A stretch of 24,000 bases of DNA from Bacillales bacterium UBA3375 (GTDB lineage: Bacteria > Bacillota_I > Bacilli_A > UBA3375): the NCBI GenBank assembly GCA_002359095.1, contig DEQD01000035.1:17440-41439 (forward strand), written 5' to 3'. The notes under the pieces were generated by a model. It searched no databases. It saw only the letters and a list, made by a program, of their open reading frames with translations, and was not told the DNA's origin. Within the stretch, counting starts at the first letter, position 1. Each line of letters opens with the position of its first letter. Both the position numbers and the translations under genes were made by a program. Below are positions 1 through 10,105 of this stretch, piece by piece.

Positions 1-612
1 TGTGGTTTTATATCTAAGGACGAAGCGTTAAATAAAATTAAGATAGGTCAAGCAATTAACTTTGATGCACCATTTATTGATTTAGAAAATAACTTTGTTT
101 GTGCCAAAGCATTAGATAATCGTATAGGTGTAAGTATCGTTAGCATGTTAAATAAATTCTTTAAAGATAATCAACCTAGTGATGATATTTATTTGTGTGC
201 TAGTGTGCAAGAAGAAATAGGACTTCGTGGAGCTAATACATTAATGGGTGTTTTACCCAGTGATTTAGATGAAGTAATTGTTGTGGATGTAAGTCCGGTT
301 GATGATTACTATGATGAAAATCCTATTAATCGTTTAGGTGATGGATTCTTACTTAGAATTAAAGATCCGCGAATGGTTTTTAATTACAAGTTAATTAATA
401 AAGTTGAAGATATTTGTAATAATGAAGGGTTTAAATACCAACCATATTTCTCATTAGGCGGTACTGATGCTGCTAGTGTAGAGATTGCAGGAATTGGAAC
501 TAAAGTAATGGCATTATGTATAGGTGGAAGAAACATTCATAGTGCTAATAGTATAGTTAATATTAATGATGTAGAAGAATTATATAAATTCTTAACATTT
601 TATTTAGGATAA
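1..612 (+). CDS. M42-family metallopeptidase (glutamyl aminopeptidase/endoglucanase-like), 5' end truncated by the window
   Basis: The frame is open from base 1 (CGFISKDEALNKIKIGQAINFDAPFIDLENNFVCAKALDNRIGVSIV...), so the track start at 145 is internal. M42-like motifs: KALDNRIG, QEEIGLRGA, GGTDAASVE, GIGTKVMALCIGGRNIHS. Confidence 0.88.
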   Translation, partial: CGFISKDEALNKIKIGQAINFDAPFIDLENNFVCAKALDNRIGVSIVSMLNKFFKDNQPSDDIYLCASVQEEIGLRGANTLMGVLPSDLDEVIVVDVSPVDDYYDENPINRLGDGFLLRIKDPRMVFNYKLINKVEDICNNEGFKYQPYFSLGGTDAASVEIAGIGTKVMALCIGGRNIHSANSIVNINDVEELYKFLTFYLG

Positions 613-615
613 ATT

Positions 616-1122
616 ATGAAGAAAAAAGTTAATAGTTTAATTTATATTGTATTAATAATGTTATCTGTTGGTATTGTAGCATCAACAATGCTAAATTATA
701 ATTATACATATAGTGATATTCGTAATTTAGCGTTTAATATAATTAATGCTAAAGATATGAAGTATAATGAAATTTATGGCGATTATGTATATTATAAGCC
801 ATCAGGATTTGAACAACAAAAAAGTGATAATCAGGTTAAACTAACAGGACCTGATGCTCAAATATTAATTCATTTTGGTAGTGAAAATATTGGAGATTAT
901 AATCTATATACCAAAATGAATTTAGATAAAGAAAAGAAATATGAATATGTTGATGAAAATAATAAATACTTTTATGTTTGGGAATATGATCAGGATTACA
1001 ACTTAGTTGTAGTTGGAGAAAATGATACGTATATTGAAGCATTAATTTCTAAAAATAAAGAAAAAGAAAATGTTTTAATCGTAGCCCAAATCTTTTCATC
1101 AATTAATAAATTGGAGCAATAA
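616..1122 (+). CDS. Hypothetical protein with N-terminal membrane anchor
   Basis: 168 aa ORF. N-terminal KKK followed by a hydrophobic segment (LIYIVLIMLSVGIVAS). It starts 4 nt after the M42 gene and abuts ytpR. Confidence 0.6.
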   Translation: MKKKVNSLIYIVLIMLSVGIVASTMLNYNYTYSDIRNLAFNIINAKDMKYNEIYGDYVYYKPSGFEQQKSDNQVKLTGPDAQILIHFGSENIGDYNLYTKMNLDKEKKYEYVDENNKYFYVWEYDQDYNLVVVGENDTYIEALISKNKEKENVLIVAQIFSSINKLEQ

Positions 1123-1655
1123 TGTTATTTAGTGGATATTATAATAAAGAAAATGAATGTTTAATTATTTCAAGTAATTCAAAGGTAGTAAAAAAGCAAG
1201 TAGATAATGGCGATGTTTATTTCTTTGATGAAGAAAATAAAATTGTTGGAGCAAACATTTTTATTAGTGGTTTAGAAGCGGGGTTAACGGATTTAAATCA
1301 AATTGATGATTCGCGTTTAGTACCATTTAAAAATGAAGAAGCACCATTTGTGTATGGATTAATTCAAAGTGTAGAAGATCATCCAGAAAGTGATCACTTA
1401 CATATTTGTCAAGTAAAAGATAAGGTAGAAAAACAAATTGTTTGTGGTGCTAAAAATGTCGAAGCAAATAAAGTGGGGATTGTTGCTCAAATTGGTGCAG
1501 TAATGCCAAATGGTATGAGTATTGTTCCTTCAAAATTACTTAAAGTAGAATCAATTGGAATGATGTGTTCTTTAAATGAGTTGGGTGAAAGTGATGAAAA
1601 AAACGGAATCTTTTTAAGCGATGATCAAAGTTTAGTTGGAAAACCAGTATTTTAG
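1122..1655 (+). CDS. ytpR: YtpR-like tRNA-binding domain protein
   Basis: EMAP/tRNA-binding fold signature: VIQSVEDHPESDHLHICQVKD...QIVCGAKNVEANKVGIVAQIGAVMPNGMSIVPSKLLKVESIGMMCSLNELG. Confidence 0.85.
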   Translation: MLFSGYYNKENECLIISSNSKVVKKQVDNGDVYFFDEENKIVGANIFISGLEAGLTDLNQIDDSRLVPFKNEEAPFVYGLIQSVEDHPESDHLHICQVKDKVEKQIVCGAKNVEANKVGIVAQIGAVMPNGMSIVPSKLLKVESIGMMCSLNELGESDEKNGIFLSDDQSLVGKPVF

Positions 1656-1663
1656 GAAAGAGT

Positions 1664-2974
1664 ATGAAATATTATTTAATTGGAATTAAAGGAAGTGGAA
1701 TGAGTGCACTTGCTACTATTTTAAAACAACTAGGTAATGAAGTTGTTGGTAGTGATGTTACTAATACTTATTTTACAGATAAAAAATTAATTGATGCAGG
1801 AATTGAGTTTTTTGGATTTAATCCTAATAACTTAGATGATAGTATTGATTGTGTAATTATTGGTAATGCTTTTGATGATAGTAATGAAGAAGTAGTTAGA
1901 GCAAAAGAATTAGGACTTAATACTTGTCGTTATTATGAGTTTGTCAACAAACTAGCTTGTGAGTATAACTCAATAGCTATTTGTGGAACAAATGGTAAAA
2001 CAACAACGACGGGGATGACTAATTCAATTCTACCAAGTGAAGAAACAATAACTTTGATTGGTGATGGAACTGGTAGAGCTGGAAGTAATCCTAAATATTT
2101 TTTATTCGAAGCTTGTGAATATAAAAATACATTTTTAAACTATCATCCTCATTTATGTTTAATTACTAATATTGAAATGGATCATCCTGATTTCTTTAAA
2201 GATGTAGAAGATGTTATTAATTCATATCAGATGTTTGCTAATCAAAGTAAACAAGTAATTGTTAATGGGGATGATAATAATTGTTTGAAAATAAAGCATG
2301 AAGATATAATTACTTTTGGAATGAAAAATAGAGATGTTAATGTATTTATGGATAATATTAATTTAGATGCTAGTGGAGCAACATTTAATATTATTTATAA
2401 TAATCAAGATTTAGGACAATTTAATTTAGCTATCTTTGGTGAGCATATGTTGTATAATGCACTAGCCAGTATTACAATTGGTTTAGTTAAAGGTATTGAT
2501 ATTAATACTGTTATTAATAACTTAGGTCAGTTTAGTGGAGTTTCTCGTCGCTTTAATATAACAACACTTGATGAAGATAATAATGTTTACTTAATTGATG
2601 ATTATGCTCATCATCCAACAAGTATCAAATTAACAATTCAAGGAATTAGACAAAAGTATCCAAATTATAGTGTGACTGTATTATTTCAAGCTCATACTTA
2701 TAGCCGCGTAAATACATTTGCTCATGAGTTTTGCGAGTCTTTATCATTAGCAGATTATGTTTATATAGATGATATCTTTGGTAGTATTAGAGAACAAAGT
2801 GCCAGTGTTGGTAAAGAAGTAATGATTAAAGAATTACAAGATATGGGGGGGAATGTTATCTTAGATGTAGAAGATATTAAAAAGGTAGACAAAAATCATA
2901 TTATAGCAGTACTGGGGGCTGGTGATATTGATACTTATATGATTCCAAAAATAAAAGAAATAATGAAAGGGTAG
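1664..2974 (+). CDS. murC: UDP-N-acetylmuramate--L-alanine ligase (Mur ligase family)
   Basis: YYLIGIKGSGMSALA nucleotide-binding start, CGTNGKTTTTGM P-loop, FEACEYKNTFLNYHPHLCLITNIEMDHPD and DDYAHHPTSI motifs. Confidence 0.9.
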   Translation: MKYYLIGIKGSGMSALATILKQLGNEVVGSDVTNTYFTDKKLIDAGIEFFGFNPNNLDDSIDCVIIGNAFDDSNEEVVRAKELGLNTCRYYEFVNKLACEYNSIAICGTNGKTTTTGMTNSILPSEETITLIGDGTGRAGSNPKYFLFEACEYKNTFLNYHPHLCLITNIEMDHPDFFKDVEDVINSYQMFANQSKQVIVNGDDNNCLKIKHEDIITFGMKNRDVNVFMDNINLDASGATFNIIYNNQDLGQFNLAIFGEHMLYNALASITIGLVKGIDINTVINNLGQFSGVSRRFNITTLDEDNNVYLIDDYAHHPTSIKLTIQGIRQKYPNYSVTVLFQAHTYSRVNTFAHEFCESLSLADYVYIDDIFGSIREQSASVGKEVMIKELQDMGGNVILDVEDIKKVDKNHIIAVLGAGDIDTYMIPKIKEIMKG

Positions 2975-2976
2975 TT

Positions 2977-3897
2977 ATGAAATTAACGATCAAAGAATTT
3001 TTAGAGGTATTTAATGAGTTTGAATTATTAACTCCTGATGCTGATTTAGAAAAAGAAATTACAGTTCCAGAATTATCAAGGCCAGGGATTGAACTTACAG
3101 GATATACTGACTTTTTTCCTAGTTATCGTATTCAATTAATAGGAAAACAAGAAGTTAAGTATTTAGAAAGTATTGGTTATAATCATGAACACGTAACTAG
3201 ATTTTTAAATTCTGATATTCCAATTATTATTATTTGTCGTGACTTAAAAGTAAGTGATGAATTTATTAATTTAGCAAATAATAATGGAATACCTGTTGTT
3301 AGAACAAGTGAAGTAACTTCTAAAGTACAAGCACAAGTCTTTGTGTACTTAGAAGAAAGATTAGCTCCTTGGAAACAAATTCATGGAGTTTGTTTAAGTG
3401 TTCATGGTACTGGAATTATAATTACAGGTAAAAGTGGAGCTGGTAAGAGTGAGTTAGCACTGGAGTTAATTAATAGAGGTCACTTCTTAGTAGCTGATGA
3501 TAGTGTTATTATGAAATTTATTGATGATGATCACATCATTGCTTCAGCTCCTGATATACTAAAAAACCGTCTAGAAATTCGTGGACTAGGAATTATTGAT
3601 GTGACTAAATTATATGGTGTTACTCGTGTGCTTGAAAAAATTGATGTTCATTTAATTATCGAGATTAAACCTTATGAAGGTAATGAAGAACGAATCGGTT
3701 TAAACATTTTATATGAAGAAATAGAAGGACATAAAATTCCTAAAATTGTAATTCCGATGTCGCCTGGTCGTAACTTAGCTAATCTAGTTGAAACTGCAGT
3801 AGCTAACTTCAACCTTAAGACAATTCATAATTTTGATTCGGCAAAAGTATTTAAAGATGAATTGTCATCTAAATTAAAGGAACAAAGTAATGGATAA
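2977..3897 (+). CDS. hprK: HPr kinase/phosphorylase
   Basis: Walker A GKSGAGKSELALELI, IEIKPYEG...ERIG and the C-terminal MSPGRNLANLVETAVANFNLK signature. Confidence 0.93.
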   Translation: MKLTIKEFLEVFNEFELLTPDADLEKEITVPELSRPGIELTGYTDFFPSYRIQLIGKQEVKYLESIGYNHEHVTRFLNSDIPIIIICRDLKVSDEFINLANNNGIPVVRTSEVTSKVQAQVFVYLEERLAPWKQIHGVCLSVHGTGIIITGKSGAGKSELALELINRGHFLVADDSVIMKFIDDDHIIASAPDILKNRLEIRGLGIIDVTKLYGVTRVLEKIDVHLIIEIKPYEGNEERIGLNILYEEIEGHKIPKIVIPMSPGRNLANLVETAVANFNLKTIHNFDSAKVFKDELSSKLKEQSNG

Positions 3898-4675
3898 TAC
3901 AATTAATATTTTTGGAATTGAAATATATTATTATGCTATTATTATGGTAATAGCTATATTAGTAGGTATTGATTTAGCAAGAAGATGGTGGAAGAAAAAC
4001 AATTTAGATGAAAATGTGTTTGATAATATGATTTTTTATCTTATTATTTTTGCCTTTATTGGAGCAAGAACTTGGTATGTGTTATTTTCTTCTAATTTAG
4101 ATTATTATTTTTCTAATCCCATTAACATAATTAATCTTCGTCAAGGAGGATTAGCAATACATGGAGCTATGGTTGGTGGGTTATGTACGATTTTATATTT
4201 TTCAAAAAAATATAAAATACCATTTTTAAAAATTACAGATATAGCAACACCATGTTTAATGTTAGGTCAAGTAATTGGTCGTTGGGGAAATTTTATGAAC
4301 CAAGAGGCTCATGGACCACAAACAAGTTATGAGTTTTTAACAAATACGCTTCATTTACCTAACTTTATAGTCGAAGGAATGAATATTGGAGGAATATATT
4401 ATCATCCAACATTCTTATATGAAAGTGTATGGAACTTACTTGGTTTTATCATTATTTATACATTAATTAGAAAAATAAGTATGCCAACAGGAATGGTAAC
4501 AGCATTTTACTTAATTTGGTATGGATTTATTAGAAGTTTAATTGAAATACTAAGAACAGATGCCTTATATTTAGGTGGAATTAAAATAGCTCAATTAACA
4601 TCATTTAGTATGTTAATTGCTGGAATTGTATTAATAGTAATAATTAAAAGGAGAAAGAATGAGAATAGCAATTGA
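3890..4675 (+). CDS. lgt: Prolipoprotein diacylglyceryl transferase
   Basis: Multi-TM protein with GLAIHGAMVGG, GQVIGRWGNFMNQEAHG and HPTFLYESVWNLLGF motifs. Confidence 0.93.
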   Translation: MDNTINIFGIEIYYYAIIMVIAILVGIDLARRWWKKNNLDENVFDNMIFYLIIFAFIGARTWYVLFSSNLDYYFSNPINIINLRQGGLAIHGAMVGGLCTILYFSKKYKIPFLKITDIATPCLMLGQVIGRWGNFMNQEAHGPQTSYEFLTNTLHLPNFIVEGMNIGGIYYHPTFLYESVWNLLGFIIIYTLIRKISMPTGMVTAFYLIWYGFIRSLIEILRTDALYLGGIKIAQLTSFSMLIAGIVLIVIIKRRKNENSN

Positions 4676-5636
4676 TATAACAGGTGGAGATAATTGTCCT
4701 AAAGATGCACTAGATGCTAGTCTTCGTTTTGCTAAAGATTATCAAGATATCGAGTTAACTATTTTAGGTTTTAGTGAAGATAAACCAACAACATTACCAA
4801 ATAATGTGGTTTATCGTGAAGTTAGTGAGTGTATTGATATTTGTGATGATCCAGCAATGAGTATTAGAACTAAAAAGGACTCTGCGATTGTAGTAGGTGC
4901 TGAGTTGGTTAAAGAAAATGCAGTTGATGCATTCTTATCTAGTGGTAGTACAGGAGCAATTGTTAGTGCGGGAGTACTTAAAGTAAAACGGTTAAAAAAT
5001 GTAGCAAGACCAGCATTTCCTATTTTTTTACCAAATGAGCATACAGGAAAAATGCGTATGTATTTAGATGTAGGTGCTACAGTTGATGCTAAACCAGAAC
5101 ACATTGTAAGTAATGCTAAATTAGCTAAAGTATATACTAATGTAATGTTTGGAATTACTAACCCTAACATTAAATTACTAAACATTGGAGCGGAAGAAAC
5201 TAAAGGTGATGAAGTTTATAAACAAGCATATCAATTGTTAAAAGAAGAAAGTGATTTAAACTTTACAGGTAATGTTGAAGGTTATAACTTACTTGATTCA
5301 GAAGCAGATATTATTGTTATGGAAGGTTTTGTTGGAAATATTGTTTTAAAAACATTGGAAGGTACTTTTGATATGTTTAAAACAAAACTAAAAAAAATGA
5401 TGTTAAAGAATTTAAAAGGTAAAATTTCAGCCCTACTTTTAAATAAATCTTTAAAAGAATTTAAAGAAGAATTAAATCCTCATAAAATTGCTTGTGCGCC
5501 TGTACTTGGTATTAATGGATTAATTGTTAAAGTCCATGGTAGTGCTAAAGAAGAGAACTATTATAATGCTTTAGTAGAAACTAAAAATTTAGTAGATAAT
5601 CAGTTAATTGAAAAGATGCGTAGTTATGAGTTATAA
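4659..5636 (+). CDS. plsX: Phosphate acyltransferase PlsX
   Basis: MRIAIDITGGDNCPK start, SSGSTGAIVSAG, FVGNIVLKTLEG and CAPVLGINGLIVKVHGSA motifs. Confidence 0.92.
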   Translation: MRIAIDITGGDNCPKDALDASLRFAKDYQDIELTILGFSEDKPTTLPNNVVYREVSECIDICDDPAMSIRTKKDSAIVVGAELVKENAVDAFLSSGSTGAIVSAGVLKVKRLKNVARPAFPIFLPNEHTGKMRMYLDVGATVDAKPEHIVSNAKLAKVYTNVMFGITNPNIKLLNIGAEETKGDEVYKQAYQLLKEESDLNFTGNVEGYNLLDSEADIIVMEGFVGNIVLKTLEGTFDMFKTKLKKMMLKNLKGKISALLLNKSLKEFKEELNPHKIACAPVLGINGLIVKVHGSAKEENYYNALVETKNLVDNQLIEKMRSYEL

Positions 5637-6306
5637 ACAACTATATAATCAATATAATTTTAAAGAATTAGAAAAGCGTTATAATATTTTCTTTGAAGAT
5701 AAAGAATTAATAGTTAGAGCATTTACTCATACTAGTTTTATTTGTAATGTAGATAAAAACTATGAACGTTTAGAGTTCTTAGGAGATTCAGTATTACAAA
5801 TGGTAGTTACTGATTATTTATATCGAAATCTACATTTACGTGAAGGGGAAATGAGTAAGTATCGTTCTAAACTAGTTAATGAGATTTCCTTAACTAAAAT
5901 TATGGAAGAAGAAGGGTTAACTAAATACATTATTGTTGGTGATTCGGTTAAAGGATTAACTCATGAAAAAGCATCTTATGTTGCAGATATGTATGAAAGT
6001 ATGGTAGCTAGTATTTATTTAGATCAAGGTTATGAAGTAGCTAGTAATTTTATAAAAAAAACACTACTTAGTAGAGAAAAGGAATTAATCACTAATGAAG
6101 ATAATCAAGATTATAAAACTAACTTACAAGAAATATTACAAAAAAACGGTACTATTAAAATAGAATATAAAACTAAGCAAGTAGATGAAGGATTATTTAG
6201 AAGTGTTGTTTGTGTTGATGATATCCAAATAGGTAAGGGTGAAGGAAGTAGTAAAAAAAATGCAGAACAAAAAGCTGCAAGGGAAGCGATGAAATTATAT
6301 GTGTAA
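5626..6306 (+). CDS. rnc: Ribonuclease III (likely ATG start at 5626; the track's longer start at 5608 is less likely)
   Basis: YERLEFLGDSVLQMVVTDYLY catalytic signature. C-terminal dsRBD with GEGSSKKNAEQKAAREAM. Confidence 0.93.
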   Translation: MSYKQLYNQYNFKELEKRYNIFFEDKELIVRAFTHTSFICNVDKNYERLEFLGDSVLQMVVTDYLYRNLHLREGEMSKYRSKLVNEISLTKIMEEEGLTKYIIVGDSVKGLTHEKASYVADMYESMVASIYLDQGYEVASNFIKKTLLSREKELITNEDNQDYKTNLQEILQKNGTIKIEYKTKQVDEGLFRSVVCVDDIQIGKGEGSSKKNAEQKAAREAMKLYV

Positions 6307-7021
6307 AGATTTTTTTATAATAGCAGGTCCATGTAGTGTTGAGAGTGAAACACAAATGGAAGAAGTATTTAACAGTTTATCAAAGGTAAAAGAAGTAGTT
6401 GCTATTCGTGGTGGTGCTTTTAAACCTAGAACGAATCCAGAGTCGTTTCAAGGTTTAAAAGATAAAGGAATAGATATCCTTGTTGAAAAAAAACAAAAAT
6501 ATAATATGCCAATTGTAACAGAATTAATGGATGTAAGAAATATTGATTTGTTTAAAGATGTTGATGTAATTCAAATTGGTGCAAGAAATATGCAAAACTA
6601 TTCTCTTTTAGTTGCAGCTGCAAAATTAAATAAACCAATACTACTTAAAAGAGGTTTTGGAAATACAATTGATGAATTACTAGCAAGTGCAGATTATATT
6701 AAAAAAGCAGGAAATGACAAAATCATTTTATGTGAAAGAGGGATAAGAACATTTGAAAACTCTACCCGTTTTACACTAGATATTAGTGCTGTTTGTGTAC
6801 TGAAAGATAAATGCGATTATCCGGTTGTAATTGATCCATCACATGCAAGTGGAAATAGAGATTATGTATTAGCTTTATCAAGAGCAGCTAAAGCAGTCGG
6901 AGCAGATGGACTTATAATTGAAGTTCATCCAAATCCAGATGAAGCTTTAAGTGATAAAGATCAACAAGTAACAATAGAAGGATTTATGGATATAATTGAT
7001 AGTTTAAAAACAATTAATTAG
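6299..7021 (+). CDS. aroF: 3-deoxy-7-phosphoheptulonate synthase (KDO8PS-like, Bacillus-type DAHP synthase, no chorismate mutase domain)
   Basis: IAGPCSVES, RGGAFKPRTNPESFQG, IQIGARNMQNY, KPILLKRG, ILCERGIRTFE, VVIDPSHASG, EVHPNPDEALSD. Confidence 0.92.
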   Translation: MCKDFFIIAGPCSVESETQMEEVFNSLSKVKEVVAIRGGAFKPRTNPESFQGLKDKGIDILVEKKQKYNMPIVTELMDVRNIDLFKDVDVIQIGARNMQNYSLLVAAAKLNKPILLKRGFGNTIDELLASADYIKKAGNDKIILCERGIRTFENSTRFTLDISAVCVLKDKCDYPVVIDPSHASGNRDYVLALSRAAKAVGADGLIIEVHPNPDEALSDKDQQVTIEGFMDIIDSLKTIN

Positions 7022-7032
7022 TTAATGGAGTA

Positions 7033-9189
7033 ATGATGAAAACAGTTATAGAGTTATATAAACAAGATATTAAAACAATTTGTAAAAACTGGGCAGCAAT
7101 CTTAGTAGTAGTTGCTTTATGTATTTTGCCAAGCCTATATGCTTGGTTTAACATTAAAGCATGTTGGGATCCTTATGATCCTAGTGCAACATCAAATATT
7201 AAAGTAGCAGTAGTAAATCAAGATGAAGGTTCTACCCTTAATGGTGAAGAAATAAATTTAGGAGACCAAATTGTAGCTCAACTAAAAACTAACAAGGCAC
7301 TAGGATGGCAGTTTTTAGATGAACAACAAGCTAATGAAGAGTTAGAGAATGAAAAAATCTTTGCGATGGTAACCATTCCCAAAGATTTTAGTGAAAATAT
7401 ATTATCAATAACCACAAATGATGTAAAACAAGGAGAAATTGATTATAAAGTTAATGAGAAGATTAATGCCATTGCTCCTAAAATAACTATAAAGGGAGCA
7501 CAAACAATTGAACAAAATGTAAGCAGTTTAATAGTTGGTACAATTACTGAAAAATTATTTACTGTTGCCAAAGATTTAGGAATAAATTTAGAAGATTCCC
7601 TTCCTGTTTTAAATGGAGTACTAGAACAAGTAAAAGGTTTACAATCTAAATTTGGTCAATTAAATACTTTGGTAAATACAGCTGATGTTGAAGCATCAGA
7701 GATTAAAGTGTTGTTAGAAGAAATAAAACAAGATTTACCAAATATTTCTTCTACTTTAAGTAGTGCAAATGAACTAGTAGAATCAATTGATCAATTTATT
7801 ACTACAGCACAATCGCAAATTGATAATATATCACCAACTATAACTCAAGATTTAGAAATTATTGCTTCGATTGCATCTGATGTGCAAACAGATGCTCAAA
7901 ATGTAATTAATGCGATTAATTCTGCAAGTGAACAAGCACCTGAACTAATTAGTAATCTAATTACAAAAGTAGATAATTTAATTAATCTAAATAATAGCTT
8001 AATAACTTTTTTAACTGCAATTAATAATATTGCTCCAAATCAACAATTAACTGATATTATTAATAGTTTAAATGGCTATGTAGCTTCACTAAATTCGTTA
8101 AAAACTAGTTTAAATGATGCTCTAACAGCACTAAATAATGGTTATACTCCAGATACTAGTGTGTTAGATAATATCGTTAATTTATCTAGTAGTGTTAATT
8201 CAACAGCGATTAGTATTAAAAATACTTATATTACTACTATTCAACCTCAAATTAATAATATTTTAAATCAAGCATTTAATACAGCTAGTGGTAGTTTAGG
8301 AATAATAAAATCAACTCAAAATAAATTACCAGAAATCGAAAATATTTTAAATCAAGGGATAACTATTGCCAATCAAGGTGGTGATGTTGTTGGTTTTGTA
8401 AAACAACACTTACCAGAAATTGAATCTTTTATTGGCGATGTTGTTCAAAAAGCAGATGATACAAAAGATTCTGGGATGTTAACTCAATTAATTACTTTAA
8501 TTACACATAATGTAGAAGAACGTGCAAACTTTTTAGCTCACCCAATTGTTTTAAATGAACAATCTATATTTAATATGAGTAATTATGGAACAGCGATGAC
8601 TCCATTTTATACTGTATTATGTCTATGGGTAGGGATGACATTACTTGTTAGTATGTTAAAAGTAGATGCAGGGAAAAAATATAGTGCTAAGGTTAATTAC
8701 TTTGCAAAATTACTATTGTTTTTAACAATAGCAATATTGCAATCACTAATCGCGTCAATCGGGGATTTAGCTATATTACAAATTTATTGTTCTAATCCAA
8801 TATTATTTGTAGCTTCAATGGTCTTTACTGCTATATGTTTTGCAATAATAGTTTATACTCTTGTATCAGTGTTTGGAAATATTGGTAAAGTGTTATCAAT
8901 TATTTTATTAGTGTTACAAGTAGCTGCAAGTGGTGGTACTTATCCTGTTGAATTAATGGGACCTTTCTTTAAAGCAATTCATCCATTCTTACCATTTACA
9001 TATGCAATTAGTATGGGACGTGAAGCAATAGGTGGAGTTGTTAGTTCAATCTTAATTAAAGATATTGTTATATTAGTAGCTTATATAATATTAGCACTAC
9101 TTATTGGTCTAATCCTAAAACCATTTATCAATAAATTAATGGAACCATTTAATGATAAATTAGAAGAAAGTGGTTTAACAGCAGAATAA
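7033..9189 (+). CDS. YhgE/Pip domain membrane protein (EsaA/ABC-2-like architecture)
   Basis: N-terminal IPSLYAWFNI-type motif (LPSLYAWFNIKACWDPY...IKVAVVNQDEG), long extracytoplasmic helical/low-complexity middle, and a C-terminal block of TM segments ending FNDKLEESG. Confidence 0.85.
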   Translation: MMKTVIELYKQDIKTICKNWAAILVVVALCILPSLYAWFNIKACWDPYDPSATSNIKVAVVNQDEGSTLNGEEINLGDQIVAQLKTNKALGWQFLDEQQANEELENEKIFAMVTIPKDFSENILSITTNDVKQGEIDYKVNEKINAIAPKITIKGAQTIEQNVSSLIVGTITEKLFTVAKDLGINLEDSLPVLNGVLEQVKGLQSKFGQLNTLVNTADVEASEIKVLLEEIKQDLPNISSTLSSANELVESIDQFITTAQSQIDNISPTITQDLEIIASIASDVQTDAQNVINAINSASEQAPELISNLITKVDNLINLNNSLITFLTAINNIAPNQQLTDIINSLNGYVASLNSLKTSLNDALTALNNGYTPDTSVLDNIVNLSSSVNSTAISIKNTYITTIQPQINNILNQAFNTASGSLGIIKSTQNKLPEIENILNQGITIANQGGDVVGFVKQHLPEIESFIGDVVQKADDTKDSGMLTQLITLITHNVEERANFLAHPIVLNEQSIFNMSNYGTAMTPFYTVLCLWVGMTLLVSMLKVDAGKKYSAKVNYFAKLLLFLTIAILQSLIASIGDLAILQIYCSNPILFVASMVFTAICFAIIVYTLVSVFGNIGKVLSIILLVLQVAASGGTYPVELMGPFFKAIHPFLPFTYAISMGREAIGGVVSSILIKDIVILVAYIILALLIGLILKPFINKLMEPFNDKLEESGLTAE

Positions 9190-9196
9190 GGATGCT

Positions 9197-10105
9197 ATGG
9201 AAATAGTTAATATTTTAAATCAATATAATGTATATATTAAGGAAAATATAATTGATGATGTAATAAGACAATTAGATGATAATTGTCTAATTATTAAAGA
9301 TAGTAACATTAATCTTAATGTTACTTCTTTTGATATTAACGTAACTGAAGCTAATAAAAATTTAGATACAGTTAATAAATTGTATGATTATTATTTAGAA
9401 AATAATGTTAATCGTAAAAGTACAACAATTATTGCTATTGGTGGTGGATGTTTACTTGACATTGTTGGTTATAGTTGTGCTACATTTATGCGAGGTATTA
9501 GGGTAGTTTATATTCCAACAACACTACTTGCTATGGTTGATGCGTGTGTTGGTGGAAAAACTGCAATAAACTATAAAGGTTATAAAAACTACATAGGTAG
9601 TTTTTATCAACCTGAGTGTGTAGTAATAGATCAAAATTTTTTAGATACACTACCTATTAGAGAATTTAATTCTGGTATGGCAGAAGTAATCAAGTATGGT
9701 TGTATTTATGATAAAACATTACTTGATTACTTACTAAATGATGAAGTAGATATTAACTATATTATTAAAAGAAGTTTAGAGATAAAAAATCATTTTATAA
9801 GTAAAGATGTGTATGATAAAGGTTTACGTCAAGCTCTAAACTTTGGTCATACATATGGTCATGCAATAGAAAGTTATTATGATTTTAAAAAATATACACA
9901 TGGTGAAGCAATAAGTATTGGAATGAATTTAAAATGTAGTGATCCTCTACTTAAAGAAGTGTGTAAAAAATACGATTTACCTATCTACTTAGAAGAAGAT
10001 ATTGATTTAGATAAATACTTATTAAAAGATAAAAAGAATGATGGTCAGATTAATTTTATTAAACTAAAAAGTTTAGGAGAGGTAGATGAAACTAGACTTA
10101 AATAA
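9197..10105 (+). CDS. aroB: 3-dehydroquinate synthase (compact, 302 aa)
   Basis: GGGCLLDIVGYSCATFMRGI, VGGKTAINYKGYKNYIGSFYQP, SGMAEVIKYG, LNFGHTYGHAIE, HGEAISIGM. Confidence 0.88.
   Translation: MEIVNILNQYNVYIKENIIDDVIRQLDDNCLIIKDSNINLNVTSFDINVTEANKNLDTVNKLYDYYLENNVNRKSTTIIAIGGGCLLDIVGYSCATFMRGIRVVYIPTTLLAMVDACVGGKTAINYKGYKNYIGSFYQPECVVIDQNFLDTLPIREFNSGMAEVIKYGCIYDKTLLDYLLNDEVDINYIIKRSLEIKNHFISKDVYDKGLRQALNFGHTYGHAIESYYDFKKYTHGEAISIGMNLKCSDPLLKEVCKKYDLPIYLEEDIDLDKYLLKDKKNDGQINFIKLKSLGEVDETRLK

Noticed and set aside
836-1042. Minus-strand ORF of 68 aa
   Set aside because: Lies wholly inside the 616-1122 CDS, has no recognisable motif, and is His/Tyr/Phe/Leu-rich as expected for the reverse complement of an AT-rich gene.
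4811-5185. Minus-strand ORF of 124 aa
   Set aside because: Fully antisense to plsX, whose conserved motifs span this region. Its composition looks like a shadow ORF.
7500-8460. Repeat-like N/S/L-rich stretch in the YhgE protein as a tandem repeat array
   Set aside because: Heptad-like helical low complexity without a consistent nucleotide repeat unit. This is typical of the YhgE/Pip/EsaA extracytoplasmic region.
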